Shown here one piece after another: positions 41,205 to 61,018 of a DNA stretch of 64,000 nucleotides. Under the pieces are notes generated by a model that saw only the letters and a program-made list of their open reading frames with translations, was not told the DNA's origin and searched no databases. The DNA lies in NCBI GenBank assembly GCA_002269645.1, contig NIVC01000472.1:27879-91878 (forward strand), written 5' to 3'. Within the stretch, counting starts at the first letter, position 1. Every line of letters begins with the position of its first letter. Position numbers and translations under genes: made by a program. The stretch is from Macrostomum lignano. Lineage: Eukaryota.

Positions 41205-42452
41205 TTCTAGGTCTCCACGACCTCAGTTTCCCTATTCCAGACTCCTACTTTGGGTCTCCACGACCTCAGTTTCCCTATTCCAGACTCCTACTCTGGGTCT
41301 CCACGACCTCAGTTTCCCTATTCCAGACTCCTATTCTGGGTCTCCACGACCTCAGTTTCCCTATTCCAGACTCCTATTCTGGGTCTCCACGACCTCAGTT
41401 TTCCCTATTCCAGACTCCTATTCTGGGTCTCCACGACCTCAGTTTTCCCTAATCCAGACTCCTACTCTGTGTCTCCACGACCTCAGTTTTCCCTATTCCA
41501 GACTCCTATTCTGGGTCTCCACGACCTCAGTTTTCCCTATTCCAGACTCCTACTCTGTGTCTCCACGACCTCAGTTTTCCCTATTCCAGACTCCTATTCT
41601 GGGTCTCCACGACCTCAGTTTTGCCTATTCCAGACTCCTACTCTGGGTCTCCACGACCTCAGTTTTCCCTATTCCAGACTCCTACTCTGGGTCTCCACGA
41701 CCTCAGTTTCCCTATTCCAGACTCCTACTCTGGGTCTCCACGACCTCAGTTTCCCTAATCTAGACTCCTGTTCTGGGTCTCCACGACCTCAGTTTCCCTA
41801 TTCCAGACTCCTACTCTGGGTCTCCACGACCTCAGTTTCCCTAATCTAGACTCCTGTTCTGGGTCTCCACGACCTCAGTTTTCCCTAATCCAGACTCCTA
41901 CTCTGGGTCTCCACGATCTCAGTTTCCCTATTCCAGACTCCTGTTCTGGGTCTCCACGACCTCAGTTTTCCCTATTCCAGACTCCTACTCTGGGTCTCCA
42001 CGATCTCAGTTTCCCTATTCCAGACTCCTATTCTGGGTGTCCACGACCTCAGTTTCCCTATTCCAGACTCCTATTCTGGGTGTCCACGACCTCAGTTTCC
42101 CTATTCCAGACTCCTATTCTGGGTGTCCTCGACCTCAGTTTCCCTATTCCAGACTCCTATTCTGGGTCTCCACGACCTCAGTTTCCCTATTCCAGACTCC
42201 TACTCTGGGTCTCCACGACCTCAGTTTCCCTATTCCAGACTCCTATTCTGGGTGTCCACGACCTCAGTTTCCCTATTCCAGACTCCTATTCTGGGTGTCC
42301 TCGACCTCAGTTTCCCTATTCCAGACTCCTATTCTGGGTCTCCACGACCTCAGTTTCCCTATTCCAGACTCCTACTCTGGGTCTCCACGACCTCAGTTTC
42401 CCTATTCCAGACTCCTATTCTGGGTCTCCACGACCTCAGTTTCCCTATTCCA
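41205..42452. repeat. 43-44-bp minisatellite (TCCACGACCTCAGTTTCCCTATTCCAGACTCCTATTCTGGGTC)
   Basis: Head-to-tail units with no unique spacers. Confidence 0.95.
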
Positions 42453-43045
42453 GCAAAGAACTAACGATATAAGTCTTTTAGCAGAGATTTTCTTCTAGGC
42501 TAAAAGCATGCGAAATAATGTCTTCGTAGCAAAGGGAGACGGTCGCACAGGTTGATTTTATTTCGGCTTAGCTCGGCTGTATATATAGTAATTTCGGAGG
42601 AGGCTAGGTGCGCTATTAATGGTTGGTGCTCATTAAAACAATTATTTGGAAAGATTTTAAGCAAACGAAAATGAAAACAAAATGATACTTATTAAAAGGA
42701 AAACCTAGAAATAGGTTCGGTGAATAAAATGTGCATCTGACTACTACTAGTAATATAAATTGAAAATACCCTGCCTCAATTAAATTCACGCGGTTACAGC
42801 AGTACCAGCTAGCAACTAAAAATTACTAACAATAGAGTACGCAGCAAATAGCAATACAAATGGTGTTTCCTTCCCTTCACTTCTTCTCATATCTCTTGTA
42901 CGAGCTACTTTATTAACTATCCATTATATCCTATACTTTATACCTGATTTTTTATACAGAAACAATACATGTACGCAGGGCTTTCACTGAGGCTTTCACT
43001 TTTTAATCGTTAAGAAATATTGTTTTAGTGAGTGACGGATAAAAT

Positions 43046-44856
43046 TTAATTCCTAGTGTACACTTCGAATACCAAGGCGTTGAAGGCACGCCAGACATCA
43101 GGATCTTTGATACAGACAGCGGCTCCACCCTGGGTCAGGTGATCATCCAGTCGGTTTAGGTCAGAGAGGCAGACTATGTTCGATTGCTTTGAGACGCACC
43201 ACTTTGAGTGATCTGTTGTGGTGTTCCATTCATTATTAACTGACATTCCGATTTTTTTAATATTTTTAACTAAGCTGTTGCCATGGTCAATCCTGTCTTT
43301 GTCGGAAATCGTTCTGAGCCAGGACTGAACCCGGAATTCTCCTACGTTGTAGGACTCTCTAATTTTCTGATATATGCAACCTCTGCTGTTCTTTCCTTTT
43401 ACAAACAAATCGAATGCGACCCTGTTAAACGATGTAAAACTGTGCATTGAAACCGTTCGATCTTCGATCCCTTGAGACTGTTGCCGTGGATGATGGTACC
43501 TTGGCTTCGCCTTTTCAAGCCATCCAGAGAGAGCTTTAATAGTTTCGCTCGCTACGCTGATGCAGATGAACGATTGGGCATTCGTATCATCTTGACTGAA
43601 CTCGTTTCGATCAGCAAAGTTGGGGAAATGTCTCGCCGAGAACATCATCCAGAATCCGGGATTCCCAATCATGAACAGTCCTTTCAGATGGCCGAAACCA
43701 GAAGTCCAGGTTTCATTTGGAGGAGGCTTGTCACTGTAAGCAAAAACTGCGTCTCTATTTTGTCTAGCCTGCTCCAGTGTTTCGCGCACCGGTCCTTGTG
43801 TTCGAATATCTTCAACGTATTTCCAATTTACCTTATTCATTGATGACAAGTAAGCATATTCATGCGAACCTGGCTTTTTAATCGCAATGAACCAGTCTCT
43901 GTAATTTCCATTAACTTTGCAGCTGTAGCTTTTAAGATTGTTTCCTTCATCAATCATTGTCTTGATTGCATCAGCAGCAGTTCGAGCCGCTTCCCGCTGG
44001 CTGCGCCCACCTCCCCTTGCCTCGCCGCCTCCACCGGATGCCTGAGGAGAGGCTGAGCTTCCCGAGGCTGCAGGATATCCAGCGCCCTTGCCTTTGTTAC
44101 CGTTTGGGGCCACCAGCATCGGAGGGGTGCCGTCCACCGGCCTCCTGAAAGCTGAACACTTCGGGCACTCGCCACTCAAGTTGCCGACGAGACAGAAGTT
44201 GGAGCCTTCATCAGATCCCATTGTTGCTGCAGCAATGCAACACAACAGAAGCAGCCTTAGGTAGTTCGAAGCCATGTCTGAAACCGAAGGACGGAGGAAA
44301 GCCACATCATTATATAAGAGTTTAACCAATCTAAACAGACTTTGCTAGGAATGCGAGGAACCCTTTTGTTCAACAATAGGAAATAGGCGATGAATCTTAG
44401 ACTTTCAAAATTGAGGCTTTGTTAATGCTCCAAATACTTCTTACTGCATGGGTTCAATCCATATTTGCTTACTCAACACAAGAGTACGCTATATAATCTA
44501 ATAGTACATTTATGCCCAGAAATAGCAGCGTAAAAAGCTAGCTCAGCAGAGTTTTAGAGGTCCACTACACCAGAGCACCCCACACACCACTCCGCAGCAC
44601 GCACCACTTCAGAACACACAACACTCCACAGCAATGCGCTGGAACTGAATGTCTATAGTACCTAGCTCACTGGTGGCATGAAGGATTTCCTCGAATCAGA
44701 CCTGAGTGAAATTTCTCATAAACTACGATTTTGCTAAATGTTTCTTGAGAATTCGAAATGTCGTCAGATTTTTGCTTCTAACATACGTCGCTAACAGCTG
44801 AAATTGAAACTAGTATCTTCATACTACATACCTTTATCGCTTTCCTTTAAGAACAT
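43046..44856 (-). CDS. Secreted single-domain DNase II (plancitoxin-like); exons 44856-44832 and 44277-43046; 418 aa
   Basis: GHLKG and DHSKW HxK motifs, DWFIAIK, SDLNR. Signal peptide MASNYLRLLLLCCIAAATMG. The phase-1 GT-AG join is in frame (1257 nt). Confidence 0.9.
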
Positions 44857-46499
44857 GCCTTGTCTTTGCGATTTCCAATTGCTTTCGCGCTTACAGCGAA
44901 GCGGAGAAACTTTGACTTTTATGTGTTTCGACCGCAGCTATAATCCAAACGGACCAGCTCCAGACCAGCCGGCCTCAATTCCCTATGGCTGCTGAGGTTT
45001 GAGGGCAAAAGCCAGCAACCTACTACGAGCGCGGGACACAGAAGACTCGCAGCTGAGAAAAAGCTTGGAGTGGGGTTGTTGGTTGCCTAACAACTGCGCT
45101 GGGACAAACTGGTTAAGCGCTAACCCTAACCCCCTCAAACCATTAATTGCTTTGCATTGAGCCTTTGCATTCTCGTTGACTATGAAATACACTGCCTTGA
45201 ATAATTTTGGATACTCATAACACTCATAAAAGCTACCATTGGCATTAGAGAGCCAGTGTGTTTGAAATATTTCTATAGTATAAGCAGAATATATCGCAGT
45301 ATGGCAAGTAAGGTTTTATTATAGCATGAAGCCAGACAGCCCGCTCCGCACGCTGCTATAAAAGCCGCACCGGTAATTCTCAAACTGGGTGCATAAGTTC
45401 GACCTGTGCCTTATGAAAAGGAAAATGGGATTATGAATGAGAATGGGATTATGAATGAGAATGGGATTGTGAATGAGAATGAGATTATGAATGAGAATGG
45501 GATTATGAATGAGAATGGGATTATGAATGAGAATGGGATTATGAATAAGAATGGGATTGTGAATGGGAATGGGATTATGAATGAGAATGGGATTATGAAT
45601 GAGAATGGGATTATGAATGAGAATGGGATTATGAATGAGAATGGGATTATGAATGACAATGGGATTATGAATGAGAATTGGATTATGAATGAGAATGGGA
45701 TTATCAATGGGAATGGGATTATGAATGAGAATGGGATTATGAATGAGAATGGGATTATGAATGAGAATGGGATTATGAATGAGAATGGGATTATCAATGG
45801 GAATGGGATTATGAATGAGAATGGGATTATGAATGAGAATGGGATTATGAATGAGAATGGGATTATGAATGAGAATGGGATTGTGAATGAGAATGGGATT
45901 GTGAATGAGAATGGGATTGTGAATGACAATGGGATTTATGAATGAGAATGGGATTATGAATGGGAATGGGATTATGAATGAGAATGGGATTATGAATGAG
46001 AATGGGATTATGAATGAGAATGGGATTATGAATGAAAATAGGATTATAAATGAGAATGGGATGATGGATGAGAATGGGATTATGAATGAGAATGGGATTT
46101 TGCATGACAATGGGTCAACAATGAGAATATAATACGAATAAAACGTCCGAAATAATTTCCGCGCCCCAATACCTATTTACACTACTTGTGGCAGTAGACA
46201 GCACAGGGCACAAAGGTAGAGTTTTTTTGAAAAGCACTACTCAACTTTATGCATTCCATTCACATGGCTTAGGCGTGGCTCACGAACGAACCCTTATAAG
46301 CTATTTTAAACGATCGCTTTTCTTAGCACTGGCAAAAAATCAATCAAACCGTTAAACAAAGAGAGCTTTTTACTTTGTTGCTTGAAAAAAGGATATTAAT
46401 AATCTTGCAATCGAACTCTGGGTTACCACCTCTTCTGATGAGATGCAGCAGTCTTTTACCTCGAGCCTTTTCGCTGCAATGATGCTTCGAAAACAACCC

Positions 46500-47225
<726 letters not shown>

Positions 47226-47531
47226 CACGTACACAGATTGCTCAAATATGCAGTATTATTTTGCAAGGTTCGGCTTTCTCATAAGCTTTTGTTAATTTAA
47301 AGAGCTCAGTAGTCCCAGATTATGCAAGGCTTTATCAGGATAGGCAAATTCTTATTGTCTGAAGATCAAAGTTCTCAGAGTTTCTGGCAGCTTTTATATT
47401 TTAAAAGATTTTTATTTTAAAGAGTGATTTCGTTAGTTTTGAAATTTAACATTGCTTATAAAAGAAACTTGTTGCTAGGGGCGGCGTTGCCATGGAAACA
47501 GCAAGCGCTATCGCGACAGTCAGGTAGATTT

Positions 47532-54660
<7,129 letters not shown>

Positions 54661-55934
54661 GAGTTCGCGGATCTCTAGTAGTTGCTTTTTCTTGTCTTGT
54701 TTCGCCAGCAAGCGTGGAGCAGGGCAGCGAATTCCGCGCTAGTGGCAGCTGAGCTCGAATTTATAAGCGAATTTCTCGCAGCCAATCAGAGCCCGCGGAG
54801 GTCTCGTGTTGCGGAGCAATGCTTTCGCTGTTTTCTGTTTAGCTTTTTAGTGCTTTGGCGTGTCGCCGGACAAGGACCTTTAGAGACCTGGATTCGACAC
54901 CAATTTTCTGTGGAATCTTGGCACACCGATCTTTTAGCACGAAATAAAACTTACCTTTTAGTCGATGGACGCGCTTTGTTATAATGCACAGAGAAAAATA
55001 CATGGTTGAAGCATTTTGTCAGCCACTCCAGACCAGATGTATTCAAACGTCCTTGCTTTTCACTGTCTGGGAAATCCTCCCCATCAACTGCAGCAGGCGC
55101 CTCCCACGCAAGTTTGTGGGAAATTTCTGAGAGAAAAAAAGTCTTGAAACTGCATATTCAGCGTCTTGTTCAAGAGCGATTTCCAATTTTGGAAGTCTGC
55201 GTCTTATCGATAGGCTGCACTTTTCCCTTGGCTCAGTTTTGTCAAGGCGTCTCGAAATTATTGACAATTTTACTTGGGAAATTTCCTCTCTGTCTCCATG
55301 TATTTTTGGTTTTCACTTTGGTTTCCTTGTTTTTCAATGTCTGTAAGGCTACAATGCGATAAATAGGAAATGCGAAATGCTAATAATGGCCCGATTCGCG
55401 CCAGAAGTCTTCATAGAAATTGCACAGGCCTGATTTTGTCTAATTGCGAATCAGAAACAGACTGAGGGTACCCAGTGAGCATCAGCTCTGGCAACTACTC
55501 AGGAACCCCCTTTAGTTCAATAGAAGAGAATTTCTAACGAAAATCATGCCCCAAACCAAAATAGAGATGGAGGGCGGTAAAAAGGCTACCAGAGAGGTGT
55601 GAGGGTTGAAAGCAGCTGAAAGGATCGATGGAAAAAAAGCTTTTAGAGTTCAGGTAGGCCTATTCAGCTGTTCTGCTCAACATGTTGTGACAAAACGATA
55701 TGGAGCTTAATGGTAGACTCAAATACTTGCTCAAGCATGACAAAGCAAACACTTTTTACTGACAACAAACAGTGGAAATGTAACAATGTAGCATAACCAT
55801 TGTTTTAGGCAAATATGTCTCTGATGTGAGCATCTAAATGTACTTTTACATAGTGCTGTTATTTTCCAACAAGATACCCCAAATTTTTTGACACTGATGG
55901 CAACACATGATGCTTACATAGCTTAAACCATTGC

Positions 55935-56970
55935 AATCAGCCAGTAACCACAATCATAACAGATTGCAATCAGCCAGTAACCACAATCATAACAGATTGC
56001 AATCAGCCAGTCACCACAATCATAACAGATTGCAATCAGCCAGTCACCACAATCATAACAGATTGCAATCAAACAGTAACCACAATCATAACAGATTGCA
56101 ATCAGCCAGTAACCACAATCATAACAGATTGCAATCAACCAGTAACCACAATCATAACAGATTGCAATCAAACAGTAACCAGAATCATAACAGATTGCAA
56201 TCAGCCAGTAACCACAGTCATAACAGATTGCAATCAGCCAGTAACCACAGTCATAACAGATTGCAATCAGCCAGTAACCACAATCATAACAGATTGCAAT
56301 CAAACAATAACCAGAATCATAACAGATTGCAATCAAACAATAACCAGAATCATAACAGATTGCAATCAAACAGTAACCAGAATCATAACAGATTGCAATC
56401 AGCCAGTAACCACAGTCATAACAGATTGCAATCAGCCAGTAACCACAGTCATAACAGATTGCAATCAGCCAGTAACCACAATCATAACAGATTGCAATCA
56501 AACAATAACCAGAATCATAACAGATTGCAATCAAACAGTAACCACAATCATAACAGATTGCAATCAAACAGTAACCACAATCATAACAGATTGCAATCAG
56601 CCAGTAACCACAATCATAACAGATTGCAATCAACCAGTAACCACAATCATAACAGATTGCAATCAAACAGTAACCAGAATCATAACAGATTGCAATCAGC
56701 CAGTAACCACAGTCATAACAGATTGCAATCAGCCAGTAACCACAATCATAACAGATTGCAATCAAACAATAACCAGAATCATAACAGATTGCAATCAAAC
56801 AGTAACCAGAATCATAACAGATTGCAATCAGCCAGTAACCACAGTCATAACAGATTGCAATCAGCCAGTAACCACAATCATAACAGATTGCAATCAAACA
56901 ATAACCAGAATCATAACAGATTGCAATCAAACAGTAACCAATATCATAACAGTTTGCAATCAACCGCAAT
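55935..56970. repeat. 33-bp minisatellite (GATTGCAATCAGCCAGTAACCACAATCATAACA)
   Basis: Tandem copies; open in two frames only because the unit is a multiple of 3. Confidence 0.96.
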
Positions 56971-57210
56971 TAATTAATCAAATAAATATTGAAAAGCCGA
57001 AGACCAAAATAAATTTATAAGGATGCACTGTGGCTTGTGAATCATAAAAAAGCTGGTTGTGTTTTCAATGCAACGATGAACTTATACACTTGCTTGATAT
57101 CCAAGGGACGTATTTCAAGGAATTTTGCTTCGCCAAAAATCAATGTGTACTTTTTTTTACAAGCTTTTGATTTTCAAAATTGATTGATTGATTTGATTTG
57201 ATTGATTTGA

Positions 57211-57853
57211 GGCGCTGACGGACAGGCGAGTGAGCTTCCAAGATGTCAGCAGTTCGTCTACCTCGGCGGTCTGGTTCCCGACGTCCGCGAGGATCTGCGG
57301 CGTCGCCGAGGACTTGCCTGGGCTGCCTTTCGTTCTATAAGGTCAGTCCTGCAGTCCGAGGCCCTACCGGACCGCCAGAGGGCGGCGCTGTTCCAGGCGG
57401 TGATCGAGACCGTCCTGTTATACAACGCCGAGACCTGGACGCTGACAGACTCGCTCGAGGCTCAAGTCGACGCGGCGCACGCTGGCCTGCTGCGCGCCGC
57501 CTTCAAGATCGGCAACGAGCGAGTCACCAACACGGCGCTCTATCATCGCGCCGGCCTGGCCCGTCCTAGCGATCTGCTGCGCCGTCGGCGACTCCAGCTG
57601 GCAGGCCACGTCATCCGCGCCGAGGCCTACTGTCCAGAGCCGGTGCAGGAGGTGCTGCTACTTACGTTGCAGGCACCCTACCGGCGGGGACAGGCGAGGA
57701 CACGGCGCTACGTCGACTGTCTGCTGGCTGACGCCGGCGCCCCGGACCCTGCCGGCGGTGCGGCCTTTGTTCGCGCCCAAGCCTTGAAGCGTGCCATCTG
57801 ACGCTGCTTTTGCGATCCGGCAGCGTACTCTGTTGTTGTTGTTGTTGTTGTTG
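57211..57853 (+). mobile_element. 5'-truncated RTE-like LINE 3' end with (GTT)n tail
   Basis: ELPRCQQFVYLGG, ETVLLYNAETWTLT and RRRRLQLAGHVIR; tail at 57830-57853. Confidence 0.9.
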
Positions 57854-58337
57854 ATTTTCAGCAGCTCAAGCAACACTTCCTGGATGAGGTTTTTTGAGCC
57901 ATTCTTCGCGATCATGTGAGAACCTTCTGATTGAGTTTCTTCTATTGAGCAGCAAAAAATGCAGGATAAAACCGAAGACAGGTGTTCTTGTATTCAAAGA
58001 TAACAAACCAAAACAATGGACCTGTAGCAAAGTGCCCTTTTGTTATTTGGCACAAGGTCAAAATGCAACTTTCTTTTCTTCTCTAGATTCCAAGGATATG
58101 CGGTTTACTTTGATGAAGGGTCTGTTTTTTATTCTTAGTTTGCTTCCTAACTGAGTCTTTAGAGTGCATCAGCTGATGGAAGCTTTTTGCGAAGTCCCCT
58201 GATGTGCATCACTATATTGTAAGCATTGGGAAGTCAATTCAGGTGTTTAGGTGTGTCTTTGGGTATCTGCATCAGTGTCCATTTAGGTGTCAGGGTGTGT
58301 GTCTTTTGGTATCTGCAGTGGTATCCATTCAGGAGTC

Positions 58338-58697
58338 TTATTTATTAGAGGCAGGGGGTTGTGTGCACCCTGGCGCACTTTAAGCGACATGGGCACACAA
58401 CCGGCGAGAGGCATTACTGCCCATTCCGCCGACTCCCCTGAGCAGGCATACAAGCGCGCGGATACGTACGCAGGCACACACTCACACAGGAGTGTACAGC
58501 GGCCCTAACTTTATATTATCGTTAGGCATGTACACTTCACTGCGCCTTGGGGGTTGGCTCTCAAGGCCGTTAATTGCACGAGCAGAGCCAAGCCGAGATT
58601 CCAATTCAGCCCCAAATTAATGTGACTGCACTTGGAATCGAGCCTGGGCCGCTGGCACACCAGAGCCTGCGCTAGACCGCTGGGCTACGGCCCCCCT
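58338..58697 (-). mobile_element. tRNA-derived SINE; a short fragment also at ~7611-7645 (+)
   Basis: Minus strand starts GGCCGTAGCCCAGCGGTCTAGCGC (A-box-like) and has GGCTCGATTCC (B-box-like), ending in an AATAAATAA tail. Flanked by TCCATTCAGGAGTC (58324-37 and 58698-711), a TSD that is also part of the host satellite unit. Confidence 0.8.
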
Positions 58698-58761
58698 TCC
58701 ATTCAGGAGTCAGGGTATGTGTCTTTTGGTATCTGCAGAGGTGTCTATTTAGGTGTCAGGG

Positions 58762-59021
58762 TGTGGAGTTATGGGTTCTGCGAGGCAAAGTGCTTGCTAT
58801 GTGAAGCGTGAAAAGTAAAGCCCTTTGGCTTGCGACAGAGTCCATATATTTATATTGTTTAGTGCAGCACATTTATTGAGTCGCACGCAGGAGTGAGATG
58901 GGGTGGTGGGTACTACAATAAATATGATTGGCTAGGCACGCATAAGAGTGGGGGCGGGGTCAGAGGGCTTGCACGTTGACTGAGAAAGTGAATAACACAA
59001 GTTTACAGTAACAATCCGACA
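58762..59021. mobile_element. Solo LTR (260 bp), copy 1
   Basis: TG...CA termini, CAGGG 5-bp TSD, and TATA-like, AATAAA, CCAAT and GC-box motifs. Confidence 0.75.
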
Positions 59022-59346
59022 CAGGGTGTGTGTCTTTTGGTATCTGCAGAGGTGTCCATTCAGGAGTCAGGGTGTGTGTCTTTTGGTATCTGCAGTGGTG
59101 TCCATTTAAGAGTCAGGATGTGTGTCTTTTGGTATCTGCAGTGGGGTCCATTTAAAAGTCAGGATGTGTGTCTTTTGGTATCTGCAGAGGTGTCCATTCA
59201 GGAGTCAGGGTGTGTGTCTTTTGGTATCTGCAGTGGTGTCCATTCAGGAGTCAGGTTGTGTGTCTTTTGGTATCTGCAGTGGTGTCCATTTAAGAGTCAG
59301 GATGTGTCTTTTGGTATCTGCAGAGGTGTCTATTTAGGTGTCAGGG

Positions 59347-59606
59347 TGTGGAGTTATGGGTTCTGCGAGGCAAAGTGCTTGCTATGTGAAGCGTGAAAAG
59401 TAAAGCCCTTTGGCTTGCGACAGAGTCCATATATTTATATTGTTTAGTGCAGCACATTTATTGAGTCGCACGCAGGAGTGAGATGGGGTGGTGGGTACTA
59501 CAATAAATATGATTGGCTAGGCACGCATAAGAGTGGGGGCGGGGTCAGAGGGCTTGCACGTTGACTGAGAAAGTGAATAACACAAGTTTACAGTAACAAT
59601 CCGACA
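59347..59606. mobile_element. Solo LTR, copy 2 (apparently identical; part of the 585-bp tandem duplication)
   Basis: Same sequence and same TSD at +585. Confidence 0.75.
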
Positions 59607-60366
59607 CAGGGTGTGTGTCTTTTGGTATCTGCAGAGGTGTCCATTCAGGAGTCAGGGTGTGTGTCTTTTGGTATCTGCAGTGGTGTCCATTTAAGAGTCA
59701 GGATGTGTGTCTTTTGGTATCTGCAGTGGGGTCCATTTAAAAGTCAGGATGTGTGTCTTTTGGTATCTGCAGAGGTGTCCATTCAGGAGTCAGGTTGTGT
59801 GTCTTTTGGTATCTGCAGAGGTGTCCATTCAGGAGTCAGGTTGTGTGTCTTTTGGTATCTGCAGTGGTGTCCATTTAAGAGTCAGGATGTGTCTTTTGGT
59901 ATCTGCAGTAGTGTCGATTCAGGAGTCAGGGTGTGTGTCTTTTGGTATCTGCAGTGGTGTCCATTCAGGAGTCAGGGTGTGTGTCTTTTGGTATCTGCTG
60001 TATTGTCAATTTAGGGTATGTCTTTTGGTATCTTTGCAGTAGTCCATTTGAGGTCAGGGTGCCTTTGGGTATCTGCATCAGTGTCCATTCAGGTGTCAGC
60101 GGATTCCACCAGCAAAAGTGCAAAGTTGCTTTCTAATTTATTTAACACTAGCTGTGCAGTTGAGCTGTCTCAGCAAACAAATGCAGGACTGAGTGGTCTC
60201 AGGTTGACAGTGAAAGTCTTGAATATTCACGCGGGGTCTTTGAGCAGCCTGAGCATATTGATTTTAGTCAGCGCGGCTCTTCTGTCTAACCAAGACATCT
60301 ATATAGACGAGTGCGCTGCTTAGTGGGCTGACAGCTTGAGCTGCAGTGGCTGAAAACTGTCTGTCC

Positions 60367-60498
<132 letters not shown>

Positions 60499-60541
60499 GC
60501 CTGCTTGCCTGCCTACCTGCCTGCCTGCCTGCCTGCCTGCC

Positions 60542-60638
<97 letters not shown>

Positions 60639-61018
60639 GGCTGTCTGTCAACAGTTCGCATTCACTTTAATAAGCATTCACTATCCTGCACAAAAGCAGG
60701 CACGCAAGATAAATTAGTGCTGTACAACAGAGCCCACGTACTTTTTTAAAACTCGAATGGACGTCTCTCAGTGGAGAGAGGGGTAGAAGCGCAGCGATGG
60801 ACTCATCAGGGTTAAGCTAATAGCGTTTCAGCCTGTACTTACGAGATTGCAGGCCAGCTGTGCGCACTGCAATGATGCAAATTTAATACCTTGTTATCTA
60901 TCCGTTGGGGCCATGCAGCTACAGAACTAGCAGCATTTCTTAATATTTATTAGCATACGCCACTAAAGTTTGATGAAGTTTCGTTTGAAGCTCACCTGTT
61001 TGCTTAATCACAATTGAC

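Larger units (their letters stand above)
37780..46110. repeat. Segmental duplication unit B
   Basis: Same order of homologous blocks as unit A. Confidence 0.88.
58240..60095. repeat. ~46-bp minisatellite (GGGTGTGTGTCTTTTGGTATCTGCAGTGGTGTCCATTCAGGAGTCA) containing a SINE and two solo LTRs
   Basis: Tandem units with a 585-bp higher-order duplication. Confidence 0.92.

Noticed and set aside
41205-42452. CRISPR-like array (also 55935-56970 and 58240-60095)
   Set aside because: Units are head-to-tail with no unique spacers, there are no cas genes, and the context is eukaryotic.
47486-47499. RFX X-box (GTTGCCATGGAAAC) as a ciliary-gene promoter; similar motif at ~32703
   Set aside because: It lies in the 3' UTR of the prohormone model (and in a DNase II intron) with no downstream gene to drive; retained only as a possible chance match.
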